Origin: a virus
Lineage: Duplodnaviria; Caudoviricetes
Direction: 5' to 3' (one strand)
IMG/VR virus record: IMGVR_UViG_3300025277_000082
Location: 1 to 32,290 of that record
DNA length: 32,290 nucleotides
Shown here one piece after another: positions 17,886-26,564 of this stretch (positions are counted from its first letter, which is position 1; each line of letters begins with the position of its first letter). The notes under the pieces are model-generated. The model worked only from the letters and a program-made list of their open reading frames with translations, had not been told where the DNA came from and searched no databases. The translations under genes and the position numbers were made by a program.

Positions 17886-19214
17886 TTACGAATTAAAAAT
17901 ATCGTAATCATTGAGGGTTTGAGTCTGTTTCCGGTTGGTATCTTCAAACCCGTCCAGGTAATAGGCATTCGAACATTCCATCAGTGCATCTACCCCGTGC
18001 GAGCTCCAATCATGGACCGGCGAGGAAAAGGTCCGGGTCTTGTCATTAAATGCCTTATGATAATTCCTCAATGCCGCAATCCCCACTTTGCATTTTACCT
18101 GGTCAAACCAGCAACGGCCTAGATAGCGCCGGAGCGAATCGATGGATTCCATCTTGTCAATCTTTTTGCCCACTATAAAATCAATCCCGAGGTTAAGCGC
18201 CGTGTCACGCCTGGATCTTCCCGTGGAAAATTCCCGAACCTCGATGTCATGCGGTGCATGATGCCGATCATAAACATATTCCTTGCTCCGGAGTAACTGG
18301 ATGTAATGAACCAGGCCCTCACCGGAATTTTCATAATAATCAATCAGCCTGGTTTCGTTACCGACATGCTGCGCGAACCAAATCGCATTGGCGTCCGCAA
18401 GTCCCAGATCCCAGTAAGTTGAAACCGGGATCTCGGGTTCATAAGCCACCTGGGTAATTCTCCCTTGTTCCAGGGCGGATTCCATTTCACTGGCAAAATA
18501 CGCCCCTGGCAATGCCGATTGAAAGCTACAATAAAATTCCTGGGCAACCATTTCTTTGCTCATACCGGATTTGCGTTCCTCTTCGACATCCGCATCGGAA
18601 ATCAGGCGCTTGCCGTCATGATCCACCGTATCATCAACGGTTAGAAACGATGCGAACCATTCATCATTATCCTTGGCCATGTTATATAAATCGTAACCGT
18701 GATTCTCGCCCCAGGGCGTGTAGGCAAAAATCGCCCAACCCTCGTTCTCCCGGAGGATTGGGCGGATCGTATCCCATACCGCCGGGCTCATTCTCGAATA
18801 CTCTGAAAAGATAACGCCGACCGGGTTGGTTCCTCTAAGGTAATCCATACCCTTATCCGTTCCGACCACCTGGTAAATAGAATGTCCCTTTTCCCCCTTG
18901 ACCTCGACCAGCATTTCCTGGTCGTTTTTCCGGGCAATGATCTGTTTCGGGAAATGGTCCATGTAGGCAATCCCGTTTTTTCCGATTCCTTCGTATATGG
19001 CTTTTCGACCCTGCCGACCAGTGGGAAACAGGTGATAATAGGATCCGGGCCTTTGCAGCATTTGGTCGATCATTACGTTAAGGCTTGTGCAGTCTTTTCC
19101 GGCCCTTCGATGCCAGGTTAGGACCAATCGCTTTACGCCCAGTTCCATCGCCAGCCAGACCGGCTTTTGATAGGAACGCGGCCGGTATAAGTGAGGTATC
19201 GATATGTTTGACAT
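17886..19214 (-). CDS. terL: Terminase large subunit
   Basis: WHRRAGKD Walker A, VIFSEY Walker B, YTPWG, QEFYCSF, nuclease WDLG and PVHDWSSHGVDA. Confidence 0.93.
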   Translation of the reverse strand: MSNISIPHLYRPRSYQKPVWLAMELGVKRLVLTWHRRAGKDCTSLNVMIDQMLQRPGSYYHLFPTGRQGRKAIYEGIGKNGIAYMDHFPKQIIARKNDQEMLVEVKGEKGHSIYQVVGTDKGMDYLRGTNPVGVIFSEYSRMSPAVWDTIRPILRENEGWAIFAYTPWGENHGYDLYNMAKDNDEWFASFLTVDDTVDHDGKRLISDADVEEERKSGMSKEMVAQEFYCSFQSALPGAYFASEMESALEQGRITQVAYEPEIPVSTYWDLGLADANAIWFAQHVGNETRLIDYYENSGEGLVHYIQLLRSKEYVYDRHHAPHDIEVREFSTGRSRRDTALNLGIDFIVGKKIDKMESIDSLRRYLGRCWFDQVKCKVGIAALRNYHKAFNDKTRTFSSPVHDWSSHGVDALMECSNAYYLDGFEDTNRKQTQTLNDYDIFNS

Positions 19215-19503
19215 CTATTGCCTCCAGCATGTTTTGTCGTACCAGCGTGATTGTTTGATCCACGGCAACATCCATCGCTTTCTTTTTCGGATGCAAACAG
19301 GAATTGATCTCGATGGTCGCACGGATCCTCTCCCTCCATGGAATATCCTTATTCTCCGCGACCGCGATCAGCCAGCTTACCGGATTGAATCCCTTTTTCT
19401 TGCAGAGGTCATCAATCTTGTCCTTTTCCATCTTGTTGATGTGCCCACGGGTTTTTACTTTTTTCCCCGTGTCTTTGAATTGACCCTTGCTATCGCGCTC
19501 CAT
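19078..19503 (-). CDS. Terminase small subunit (putative)
   Basis: RDSKGQF N-terminus, RIRATIEINSCLHPKKKA motif; directly upstream of TerL. Confidence 0.65.
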   Translation of the reverse strand: MERDSKGQFKDTGKKVKTRGHINKMEKDKIDDLCKKKGFNPVSWLIAVAENKDIPWRERIRATIEINSCLHPKKKAMDVAVDQTITLVRQNMLEAIDVKHIDTSLIPAAFLSKAGLAGDGTGRKAIGPNLASKGRKRLHKP

Positions 19504-19747
19504 TGTAAACCTCCGCTTGTGCGTTGCATTGTTCGAGGATACTTTGAAGCTCGATGATGTACTTGGTCAGATCAATAAAATTGTTTTCCGATAAAATAAA
19601 ATCAGTCCCGGAAGGTACCGGAGCAATGACCGGCTGATCCGGGAGAATAAAGGTTTCAAGGTTTCTTTGAACCGTTTTTGTGCAACCCCCAAAAACGCAA
19701 AATGCGATCACGATTAAGACCGCGGATTTCTTTTTTATATTTCGCAT
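19490..19747 (-). CDS. o-spanin (Rz1-like lipoprotein)
   Basis: ATG 19747 after AAGGAG; basic N-terminus, hydrophobic stretch, lipobox-like FGGC, Pro-rich part, QCNAQ; overlaps the i-spanin in another frame. Confidence 0.7.
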   Translation of the reverse strand: MRNIKKKSAVLIVIAFCVFGGCTKTVQRNLETFILPDQPVIAPVPSGTDFILSENNFIDLTKYIIELQSILEQCNAQAEVYNGAR

Positions 19748-19898
19748 TGATCTCCTTAATTTTGTTCCTGGCCTCATTGCTTTTAATATTGCCTTCAATG
19801 AGGGTATCAAGTGCGGCCATTTTCTTACCATGGCGATAGGCAAAGAAAAACACGCCGACAATAAAAAGTACCGCGCCGGAAATCAGGGTAATAGTCAT
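19656..19898 (-). CDS. i-spanin (Rz-like)
   Basis: N-terminal TM then AYRHG and a coiled coil; overlaps the lipoprotein gene. Confidence 0.65.
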   Translation of the reverse strand: MTITLISGAVLFIVGVFFFAYRHGKKMAALDTLIEGNIKSNEARNKIKEINAKYKKEIRGLNRDRILRFWGLHKNGSKKP

Positions 19899-19972
19899 TT
19901 AATGTACATCCATGCGGCCATTGCCCAGCCGAACAGAAATGTTGCCAGGTATTTAATGAACGGTGTCATCAT
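19895..19972 (-). CDS. 25-aa single-TM peptide (below the ORF-track cutoff)
   Basis: MMTPFIKYLATFLFGWAMAAWMYIK; ATGA overlaps with both neighbours. Confidence 0.6.
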   Translation of the reverse strand: MMTPFIKYLATFLFGWAMAAWMYIK

Positions 19973-20190
19973 TTTTTTCTCCTGTTCATGGATTTACCCA
20001 TGATGGTTAAATTTTTTCTCGCATTGTTGCGCGGATTATTGTCCTTATGGTGTACATCCTTACCATCCCCCTTTGAAGCTTTCCCGGCGTTGACCATTTT
20101 CCGCCGCGCCTTGTTCCGGGAGCTCCTATTTTTAAGCTGCTTCGGACGGGATTGGTAATTATCGTATTCTCCCCGGTAGTCCCTGGGCAT
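19969..20190 (-). CDS. Small HNH endonuclease-like protein
   Basis: KGDGKDVHHKDNNPRNNARKNL...NR HNH motif. Confidence 0.75.
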   Translation of the reverse strand: MPRDYRGEYDNYQSRPKQLKNRSSRNKARRKMVNAGKASKGDGKDVHHKDNNPRNNARKNLTIMGKSMNRRKK

Positions 20191-20360
20191 TACTTAGACA
20201 TGCCGGCGCGAACGCTGGCCATTCCACCAAATCCCAACATCATGTACCATTCTTTCGGTGCCATCCACCAGCCATTCATTTCACAAAATAAACTGGCAAC
20301 CGCGACAAAACTCAAGATAAAAGTTTTTTTACCTTTAAATCCGGCCATAATTTCATTCAT
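20190..20360 (-). CDS. Putative holin, 56 aa (not in the ORF track)
   Basis: MNEIMAGFKGKKTFILSFVAVASLFCEMNGWWMAPKEWYMMLGFGGMASVRAGMSK; two hydrophobic segments, GKKT motif, start/stop overlaps on both sides. Confidence 0.65.
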   Translation of the reverse strand: MNEIMAGFKGKKTFILSFVAVASLFCEMNGWWMAPKEWYMMLGFGGMASVRAGMSK

Positions 20361-20557
20361 TTTTGTTGCTCCCTGTTAATAGGTTGTTTATGAGTGTGTG
20401 TCATCATTTCATCCGCAATAATGAAAGCATCATTGCAATGCTGGATGATAGGATATTTGTGCATATCTATGCCGTACTTGGCAATCAATCCTTGCAATGC
20501 GTGGGCGGCGAATACATTTCTCAGTGAGGTTCCACGCCGTTCTTTGATTTCCGCCAT
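20357..20557 (-). CDS. Hypothetical phage protein
   Basis: Probable start ATG 20557 (TAATG overlap); SLRNVFAAHALQGL...AFIIADEM, a common phage small-protein motif. Confidence 0.65.
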   Translation of the reverse strand: MAEIKERRGTSLRNVFAAHALQGLIAKYGIDMHKYPIIQHCNDAFIIADEMMTHTHKQPINREQQK

Positions 20558-20943
20558 TATTGGAGCTCCAATTCTTTGAAAGATTGCCACACCCAGGGCT
20601 GCCACTGCTCGCCTTCATAACGGTAGCCCGTGGGTTGTTTCAATAACGTGTATTGTTCCGGAATTGTGGTTGTATTGGTTTCCATGACCCATAAATGTGG
20701 GCCGGGTTCTTCCCAGGTTATTGCCGTGCATTCGGGGATCATCTGCGTGTACAGAACCGGGTGAGCAAAATAGAGTTTGCCGCGGTCGGTTTCGAATTCC
20801 AGGACAATACCAAGGGAGCGATGGACATCCCAGCTTAGTGCCGTATCCGGCAGAGGGAGGGCCGGACGATCTTGAGCAAAGACGGAGGAGGAAAAAACCG
20901 TCAGCAAGAAAATAAGGAGCCAGGATGCCCACCAATATTTCAT
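20557..20943 (-). CDS. Hypothetical exported protein
   Basis: Probable start MKYWWASWLLIFLLTVFSSSVFA-QD, a Sec signal peptide with an AxA-like cleavage site. Confidence 0.6.
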   Translation of the reverse strand: MKYWWASWLLIFLLTVFSSSVFAQDRPALPLPDTALSWDVHRSLGIVLEFETDRGKLYFAHPVLYTQMIPECTAITWEEPGPHLWVMETNTTTIPEQYTLLKQPTGYRYEGEQWQPWVWQSFKELELQ

Positions 20944-20944
20944 C

Positions 20945-21151
20945 TCAATTTTTCCCGAGAATGTCCGGAACAAAAAGATTTTTGCCGGATAGAAAATAAT
21001 ACGGGAGCGGCCCCAGTGAATATTTCTGTTTAACCACATCCGTACATTCACAAGACTGACATGTAAAAAGCATTTTATTTTTCATGCTATCGACCAGTAC
21101 CGTTTCCGATTTACAAAAAGGACACTGGAATTCATTATTATTTGGGAACAT
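20945..21151 (-). CDS. Small zinc-ribbon protein
   Basis: CPFC...CQSC; probable start MFPNN at 21151. Confidence 0.55.
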   Translation of the reverse strand: MFPNNNEFQCPFCKSETVLVDSMKNKMLFTCQSCECTDVVKQKYSLGPLPYYFLSGKNLFVPDILGKN

Positions 21152-21527
21152 CTTTCCCGTAATAATCCCATATGACGTTCGGCGTTTTATTGATATGATC
21201 CAGATCGGCATGAATAAAGCCATCGCCGAAACCAAACCGGGTGAAATGCTGGATCAGGTGTCTAAACAATCCATAGCGTTCGCGTGAACTATTCACCCGA
21301 ATATCGATGGCGAGCCCTACCAGGTGAGAACTACTTGGTTTGGATTTCAACTCCGCATTATGTTTCTGACAACGATAAGCAGAATTAATATAAATCGGTT
21401 TGCCATACTCACAACGGACTGCCTCGATTGCCTGGAGGACATCGTTCTCCATCTTCATGACACCGCAGCATGGGCAACACATTTCTTTGCGACTAAAGTG
21501 ATTTGTCAGCTTCACGGATTCTTTCAA
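21138..21527 (-). CDS. Endolysin, peptidase M15 family
   Basis: HFSRKE..C, SAYRC..HN, SSHLVGLAIDI, FIHAD zinc-peptidase motifs. Confidence 0.88.
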   Translation of the reverse strand: MKESVKLTNHFSRKEMCCPCCGVMKMENDVLQAIEAVRCEYGKPIYINSAYRCQKHNAELKSKPSSSHLVGLAIDIRVNSSRERYGLFRHLIQHFTRFGFGDGFIHADLDHINKTPNVIWDYYGKDVPK

Positions 21528-21693
21528 TTTTTACGCACCCAAAGCTGGTTTGCTTCGGAACCTCCAAGACAAGCGCCCTCTGGATCTCCTCGACACACTC
21601 GGATTTGGTTTGGTAATTTCCGAGGATGTCAACCGTTTCCACTTCATAAGGGGCACTGAAAATAATCATTAATAAAATCCACATCTTGACCAA
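21493..21693 (-). CDS. Hypothetical small membrane/exported protein
   Basis: MWILLMIIF hydrophobic N-terminus, two Cys; start uncertain. Confidence 0.55.
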   Translation of the reverse strand: MVKMWILLMIIFSAPYEVETVDILGNYQTKSECVEEIQRALVLEVPKQTSFGCVKIERIREADKSL

Positions 21694-21887
21694 AATGTAT
21701 CAGACGGCTAATTTCTTGGCATTCTTAAAATTGTTGTCAAGCATTTTATTTTACCGAGAATTCAAGGGGAAAAGGCGTACCGGATATTAAGATTCTGGAA
21801 GGTGTGCTCTAATAGATAACTAAGGGATATCTTGAAGATCACGAGTTGATGGTTTTGACTTTGGTTTTAGAGATTTTGAAGTTAAAT

Positions 21888-22140
21888 ATTTCTTTCTTTT
21901 CTTTTTTCTTTTTGGTTCTTTTTCTTTTTTCTTTTCTTTCTTTATTAATTTTTTTTAATCCGGTACATGGGGTTGGGAACCTGGGGGTTTTGCGCCGGAT
22001 TTCCGGAATTTTCCGACTTGGGTCTTGTGGGAGATTCCACATGCCGAGCTCCCCAACGTTAATCACGCCCCCCCCACTTTTCGGGTATCGCCTTTTCAGA
22101 CCCCCCCGGCCCAAAAAAAAAGACCCCTGGGGGGGGTATC
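21888..22140. repeat. Low-complexity pyrimidine tract and C/A/G homopolymer cluster
   Basis: T/C tract about 21888-21945; C8 22068-75, C7 22101-07, A9 22113-21, G8 22129-36. Confidence 0.75.
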
Positions 22141-22384
22141 AGGTCACAAACTCACCACATCGGACCGACTCGAGCCTCTGTAAATGCTTGTATCTAAAGT
22201 ATTCTAGGAATGATCTAACAAAACTCGGAGAATTGTGAGGCATCAATCCCAAAAGTGGGACGAGGCCGAGGCTTTGCCCATACCATGAAGCGGAAGATCC
22301 AACCCTATCCAAATAGTCCCATTAACATCAGCTTCGAGGATTCACAAAGAGATACCATTATGTTTGCCCGTGCATAACGGTGTG

Positions 22385-22687
22385 TTATTCAACCGGCTCC
22401 AAACTATTAAGGTGATATGTCTTTTCCTTATTTTGGATATACAGAGTGATATCATCCCCCCATGTTTCAGCTTGTATATCAATATTTAGCACCCAACATA
22501 ATTCGTATATTTGAGCAAGAACTCCACATATAGTATCTTCTATAATGCCATCGTCATCGCTTTCACACTCCACGCGGATTACTAACTCCTCATGTTGTTG
22601 ACATAATTTATCCAATTTGCGGAGAATTGCTTTGTGCGGTCGCATCTTGCTTGGGGAAGGAACCTTGTCTATTTGTCTATAAAGCAT
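22385..22687 (-). CDS. Hypothetical protein
   Basis: ORF-track 104-aa ORF; second ATG (22687) follows a GGAGGTCACT RBS; own promoter upstream. Confidence 0.6.
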   Translation of the reverse strand: MLYRQIDKVPSPSKMRPHKAILRKLDKLCQQHEELVIRVECESDDDGIIEDTICGVLAQIYELCWVLNIDIQAETWGDDITLYIQNKEKTYHLNSLEPVE

Positions 22688-22719
22688 AGTGACCTCCATT
22701 CATAGTGAATAACGGGATC

Positions 22720-22747
22720 ACCTTACCACTCGCCAAGAACTTGTCAA
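22720..22747 (-). promoter_or_regulatory. sigma70-type promoter candidate
   Basis: TTGACA-16 nt-TAAGGT with an extended -10 TG. Confidence 0.45.
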
Positions 22748-23062
22748 CTACCTTTTCACATCGATCCCCTTGCGCTCATAATACCAGAGCGCCATCAGCC
22801 CGAATGCCATCTTAGCCAGGTGAGGTTCCTTCCGGTCCCCTTCCAGCCACTTGTGCCAATGCTCGAACATATGATTGATCACCACGCTTTTAGGCATGCC
22901 GGATTCCCAATTGCCATCTGTTCCAGGTGCGCCGTGACTCTTGACACCTTCATCCATAACCATGGCGAGCTCTCTAATGAATCCCCATTTCACCAAATCG
23001 TAGCGCACCGGAGCTATTGGGTTCCTTGTAGCTCCCGTTGAATATTTCTCTTTGTTGTTCAT
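22748..23062 (-). CDS. DUF5664 dATP/dGTP diphosphohydrolase-like protein
   Basis: RYDLV...ELAMVMDEG..SHG...NWESGM...EH...W..G...EPHLA. Confidence 0.75.
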   Translation of the reverse strand: MNNKEKYSTGATRNPIAPVRYDLVKWGFIRELAMVMDEGVKSHGAPGTDGNWESGMPKSVVINHMFEHWHKWLEGDRKEPHLAKMAFGLMALWYYERKGIDVKR

Positions 23063-23295
23063 CGTTTCCCTCTCATTAACTTGTTGATTCTACTAACGTA
23101 AAGCACGAATATCACCATATCTGCCAATAACAGTCCGTAGAGATGCTGGACAAATATGATGTACAGCCAGAATGCCTGGCTGGCCAATCCGGTGAAACAT
23201 CCATAAATCTGGTAGCGATTCCACCAGGTCGCATGTGAAAGCAAATAAATCGTTATGATAGTCAGTACGCTGGCCGTGAGCTCAATGAAGATCAT
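23059..23295 (-). CDS. Small three-TM membrane protein (PnuC/SemiSWEET-like pattern)
   Basis: Probable start MIFIEL; three hydrophobic helices, GLASQAFW...LYGLL. Confidence 0.55.
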   Translation of the reverse strand: MIFIELTASVLTIITIYLLSHATWWNRYQIYGCFTGLASQAFWLYIIFVQHLYGLLLADMVIFVLYVSRINKLMRGKR

Positions 23296-23458
23296 GTTCG
23301 CCCTCCGCCCGTTCTGCCTCTTCGATTGCCTGGACAATCCGCTCGAGCTTGCTGTTATATGTATCGAACAACTTGTTCATCTCGAGGATCAGGCCGGTCA
23401 TCCTTGCCACATGATCGGTGAGTTCATCCACTTGGTCCGCCAGGTTCTTGTCAGTCAT
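23282..23458 (-). CDS. Hypothetical coiled-coil protein
   Basis: Probable start MTDKN near the upstream gene end; heptad pattern. Confidence 0.5.
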   Translation of the reverse strand: MTDKNLADQVDELTDHVARMTGLILEMNKLFDTYNSKLERIVQAIEEAERAEGEHDLH

Positions 23459-23636
23459 TGTCATCCTCTTCAAAATGTACGCAACCAAACAGGGGTCCGG
23501 TGTAGATCCCGGATTCCCAGCCATCCTCGCCCATGGTCCCAAATCCATCCCTCCAATCAGGAATTGTTTTCAGGCACATCCCCATTTTGTTATCCGGTTC
23601 TTGCCAGTACCGACAATCCTTGCAATGTCCCATCAC
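23451..23636 (-). CDS. Small Cys-rich hypothetical protein
   Basis: CKDCRYW...GMC...FGCVHF; ATGA coupled. Confidence 0.6.
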   Translation of the reverse strand: MMGHCKDCRYWQEPDNKMGMCLKTIPDWRDGFGTMGEDGWESGIYTGPLFGCVHFEEDDND

Positions 23637-23947
23637 GCCTCCTCAATGGTTACGCCGTAAACATCCTTGACTTGTTTCACCTTCAACTTATACATGTCAG
23701 TCTTGAATCCCTTGACATCCACAAATCTCACCTCGCCGTCTGCCAGAAACTCGGCGAAATCGCAGACATACCGGATATTCCCAGGTAAATGAAATGGCAC
23801 TTGTCTTAAGAAAAATAGAACTAACCCGGCGGCTTGCCGCAGCTTTAGATCAGCATAATATTGAGCCTCCTTTTTACTGGCAAACTTAATCCCATCGAGC
23901 TCGGTCGGCTTCGCATTGAACTTGTGCCGGAATCTTTGAATCTTCAT
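23633..23947 (-). CDS. DUF1064 family PD-(D/E)XK endonuclease
   Basis: KFNAKPTELDGIKFASKKEA...RQVPF...YVCDF...DVKG; probable start 23947. Confidence 0.82.
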   Translation of the reverse strand: MKIQRFRHKFNAKPTELDGIKFASKKEAQYYADLKLRQAAGLVLFFLRQVPFHLPGNIRYVCDFAEFLADGEVRFVDVKGFKTDMYKLKVKQVKDVYGVTIEEA

Positions 23948-24258
23948 TTCTTCTCCTTTTGTTTCATTTCCTTTTCCCACAACTTTTTCTGACGCACGGT
24001 AATGGGTGCCCATTTCACAATCGCACTGGATAATATATCAGTTCGCTCAACTAACAAATCGATGCGCTGGCTCTGAAGATCAAGGCGCTCACTGTTCGCC
24101 ACAACACTCTTGGTTGCCTCTTCCATGTGAATTGCAACTTTTCCCAGTGTGGCAGCAACCTTGTGCATATCTTCATCAAGATCATGCATTTGGTCATGGA
24201 TAACCCTCAACATTTGCGTTTGATTCTTTTGTTTTTCTGCCCAATAACTTTGATTCAT
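23944..24258 (-). CDS. Hypothetical coiled-coil protein
   Basis: Probable start MNQSYW overlapping the helicase stop (ATGA). Confidence 0.55.
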   Translation of the reverse strand: MNQSYWAEKQKNQTQMLRVIHDQMHDLDEDMHKVAATLGKVAIHMEEATKSVVANSERLDLQSQRIDLLVERTDILSSAIVKWAPITVRQKKLWEKEMKQKEKK

Positions 24259-25919
24259 ATCATGTCCTCGAATTTTTGATTGCCTTCTGAATAAACACCA
24301 CAATTCCTGTCGAACTTAAGCCTAACCACGCCAAGCTCACCATCCACGCCGGCATCCCTCACCTTTTGAATGTGGACCTCGACATCCGCCTCCGGATCAT
24401 GAACATGCCGGAAAATTGTCCAGCATAAATCCGCCATGTTAAAAAAGTGAGCGCTCCCTGATATGTCCCACGGCCGCGGCACCACATAGGATCCATCCTG
24501 GGCCCTCTCCATCTTCTTTGGATGGGCGATTAACCACACATGGATGCCATACACTTTGGCAAAATATGTCAGCTTATTTAGCGTTTCGGCTACGTACTCG
24601 GTTTCGCTCCGGTGCGGTTTTCTGGAAGCCTCGAGCTTGTTCCAGGGATCAATGACCACGCCCCTGACATTATCCTTTTGCCGGATTAATTGTTTTGCGC
24701 GTGATAGTATCGAATCGATGTCCGGCTGCGCTTCCTCCGGTAAAATGAAATGGAAATGCTGGTTGATGTTCCTAACCGCGACCATGGCCTCGTCCTCGGT
24801 CATCCGATCCGTTGAATCCTCGGCGAATCCTTTACCGGTCCAGATCTGGATCAGATTACGAACGTGGTGTTTCGGGCTGGCATACTCCGGGGAGAATACG
24901 GCAAACGACCAACCGGCCGACCTTGCGATATTGCACATGATATTATTGAGCAGCGTGCTCTTGCCATGGTTCGGGATTGCCGTGCCAATCGATAGACAAC
25001 CCGGCGAGATCCGCATCTTTCTGCCAAGTCCCATGCCAGGGTCCACGCCTTGTTTCACGCCATGCCGGTAGAGATCCTTGAGTTCTTCAATATATTCCTC
25101 CGGCGAGTGCACCCCTTCAATCGGCCAGGGTTCGGCAGCATCCAAACAGGCGCGAACTTTTTCCCGGTTAAATTTTAAGAGAGTATCATTGGCATCGTTA
25201 CAGTCATCCGGCCATGTCACCTTGAAACACTTGTCTTTGCCGATCCGCCTGGCGAGCTCTTCGACCATCTTTCGCCCAGGTGCATCCATATCCCCGGCCA
25301 GTAGAATTTTAGAGGGAAGCTCCAGCGCACGTTCCGAGCTCTTTAAAAATTGATAGGAGTTGGACCCGTTATCGACCGAGCAATGGACCCGGTCCGGATC
25401 ACAAATATCCCCGGTCAACTTGTCGATCTCTCCCTCATAAATCACCATTTCAGCGCCCGATTTTATTTGGTCCAGGTCCCACAGTACATGTTCACAATTC
25501 TCTTCCTGGGAGTACCTTTTTTGCCGGTCGCGGTACCTTAAGTTAGCAATCTCGCCATCCTTCCGGTAGATGAACATGATCTTTTTACGTTCGGGTGAGT
25601 AGCCGACAATCTCCGGCCGCAATACCGATTGATCAATGCCGCGCTCTTGAAAAAAATCAATAACGGTTTGAGGGAGCTCGCTTTTAAACGTGATAGTCGG
25701 TCGGTTGTATGTCCTGGGCGCTGGTCCTTTTCGAATGGCACCGGACCATTGACAGTGATAACAAGTCCAAAGCCCGGCGGAAATTGTGACCCTTAATGAT
25801 CGGGTGCCTTTTTTCTTGCGCTCCCCGGAACATTCCGGACATGGAATGGTAACGGTATCCTCACTGGCACCGGATACATCAATCCCGGCGGCCTCAAACG
25901 AATCGTACAGTTTGCTCAT
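24255..25919 (-). CDS. Primase-helicase, T7 gp4/Twinkle-like
   Basis: Zn finger CPEC..CYHC, TOPRIM YEGEID / GDMD / DAND, Walker A TAIPNHGKS, VIDPWN, IAHP, ISGSA, KVR. Confidence 0.92.
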   Translation of the reverse strand: MSKLYDSFEAAGIDVSGASEDTVTIPCPECSGERKKKGTRSLRVTISAGLWTCYHCQWSGAIRKGPAPRTYNRPTITFKSELPQTVIDFFQERGIDQSVLRPEIVGYSPERKKIMFIYRKDGEIANLRYRDRQKRYSQEENCEHVLWDLDQIKSGAEMVIYEGEIDKLTGDICDPDRVHCSVDNGSNSYQFLKSSERALELPSKILLAGDMDAPGRKMVEELARRIGKDKCFKVTWPDDCNDANDTLLKFNREKVRACLDAAEPWPIEGVHSPEEYIEELKDLYRHGVKQGVDPGMGLGRKMRISPGCLSIGTAIPNHGKSTLLNNIMCNIARSAGWSFAVFSPEYASPKHHVRNLIQIWTGKGFAEDSTDRMTEDEAMVAVRNINQHFHFILPEEAQPDIDSILSRAKQLIRQKDNVRGVVIDPWNKLEASRKPHRSETEYVAETLNKLTYFAKVYGIHVWLIAHPKKMERAQDGSYVVPRPWDISGSAHFFNMADLCWTIFRHVHDPEADVEVHIQKVRDAGVDGELGVVRLKFDRNCGVYSEGNQKFEDMI

Positions 25920-26350
25920 ATGCTCGGCCGCTCACTGAATTCGATTTCCTTCGGGCCATCCATCTTGCTTTCCTGGAGGTACTCTTCGAAATGTCCCTTG
26001 GCAAATAACGTGGATGGCCGTATGTACTTGGCCATGTCGGTGCCCTTCCACTGTTTGCATTTCGTATCGATGACCTTGATATAATCTTCCAGCCGGTAGC
26101 CTTCGTTGTAGCGTGCGCGGACAAAGCGCAAGGTTGTAATCGAGTCGGTTCGGTAACTGGCACCGGATTTTTTATTGAGATGTGCAATCACCTCATGAAC
26201 GGTAAATTTTAAATCCTCATTTGTTTCATCCTGGTCTGAATAACATTTTTCAAGATGCGTAATCAGCCAGCTAATGTCCGGCGCTGGCAAACTTTGATTC
26301 GTTGTGAATTTAAGTTTGAGCTCCGCCAGCCGCGTCAAATGTTCCGACAT
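25916..26350 (-). CDS. Phage replication-associated protein with a Phg_2220_C-type domain
   Basis: VIAHLNKKSGASYR...RARYNEGY.LED..KVID.K...W...YIRPSTLF...FEEYL; probable start 26350 after GGAGG. Confidence 0.75.
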   Translation of the reverse strand: MSEHLTRLAELKLKFTTNQSLPAPDISWLITHLEKCYSDQDETNEDLKFTVHEVIAHLNKKSGASYRTDSITTLRFVRARYNEGYRLEDYIKVIDTKCKQWKGTDMAKYIRPSTLFAKGHFEEYLQESKMDGPKEIEFSERPSI

Positions 26351-26564
26351 AATCCCCTCCAAAAAGTTTTTTTGCACTGTGCCAGGTATCCTGTTCCTCC
26401 GGTGTCATCGTTAAAAATTCCTCGAGCTCTTTAATCGTGTAAGCGATATGTTTTTTCCGGCTCGCTTGACTGGCAACCCAGCCGTACTTGGCGAGGATGA
26501 TAGTATCGCCGTAACGCTCGCTCTTGATCTTGATGAACCCCTTGTCGTTAAACTTCACGTTCAA
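26310..26564 (-). CDS. Hypothetical protein
   Basis: 84-aa ORF packed in the operon. Confidence 0.55.
   Translation of the reverse strand: MNVKFNDKGFIKIKSERYGDTIILAKYGWVASQASRKKHIAYTIKELEEFLTMTPEEQDTWHSAKKLFGGDYVGTFDAAGGAQT

Noticed and set aside
21839-22238. Lys-rich (minus) and Phe-rich (plus) ORFs
   Set aside because: Composition is explained by the low-complexity T/C tract; no convincing RBS or family motif
22748-23062. 2-aminoadenine (Z-base) genome system
   Set aside because: DUF5664 alone is not enough; no PurZ, HD-domain dATPase or phage polymerase in the window
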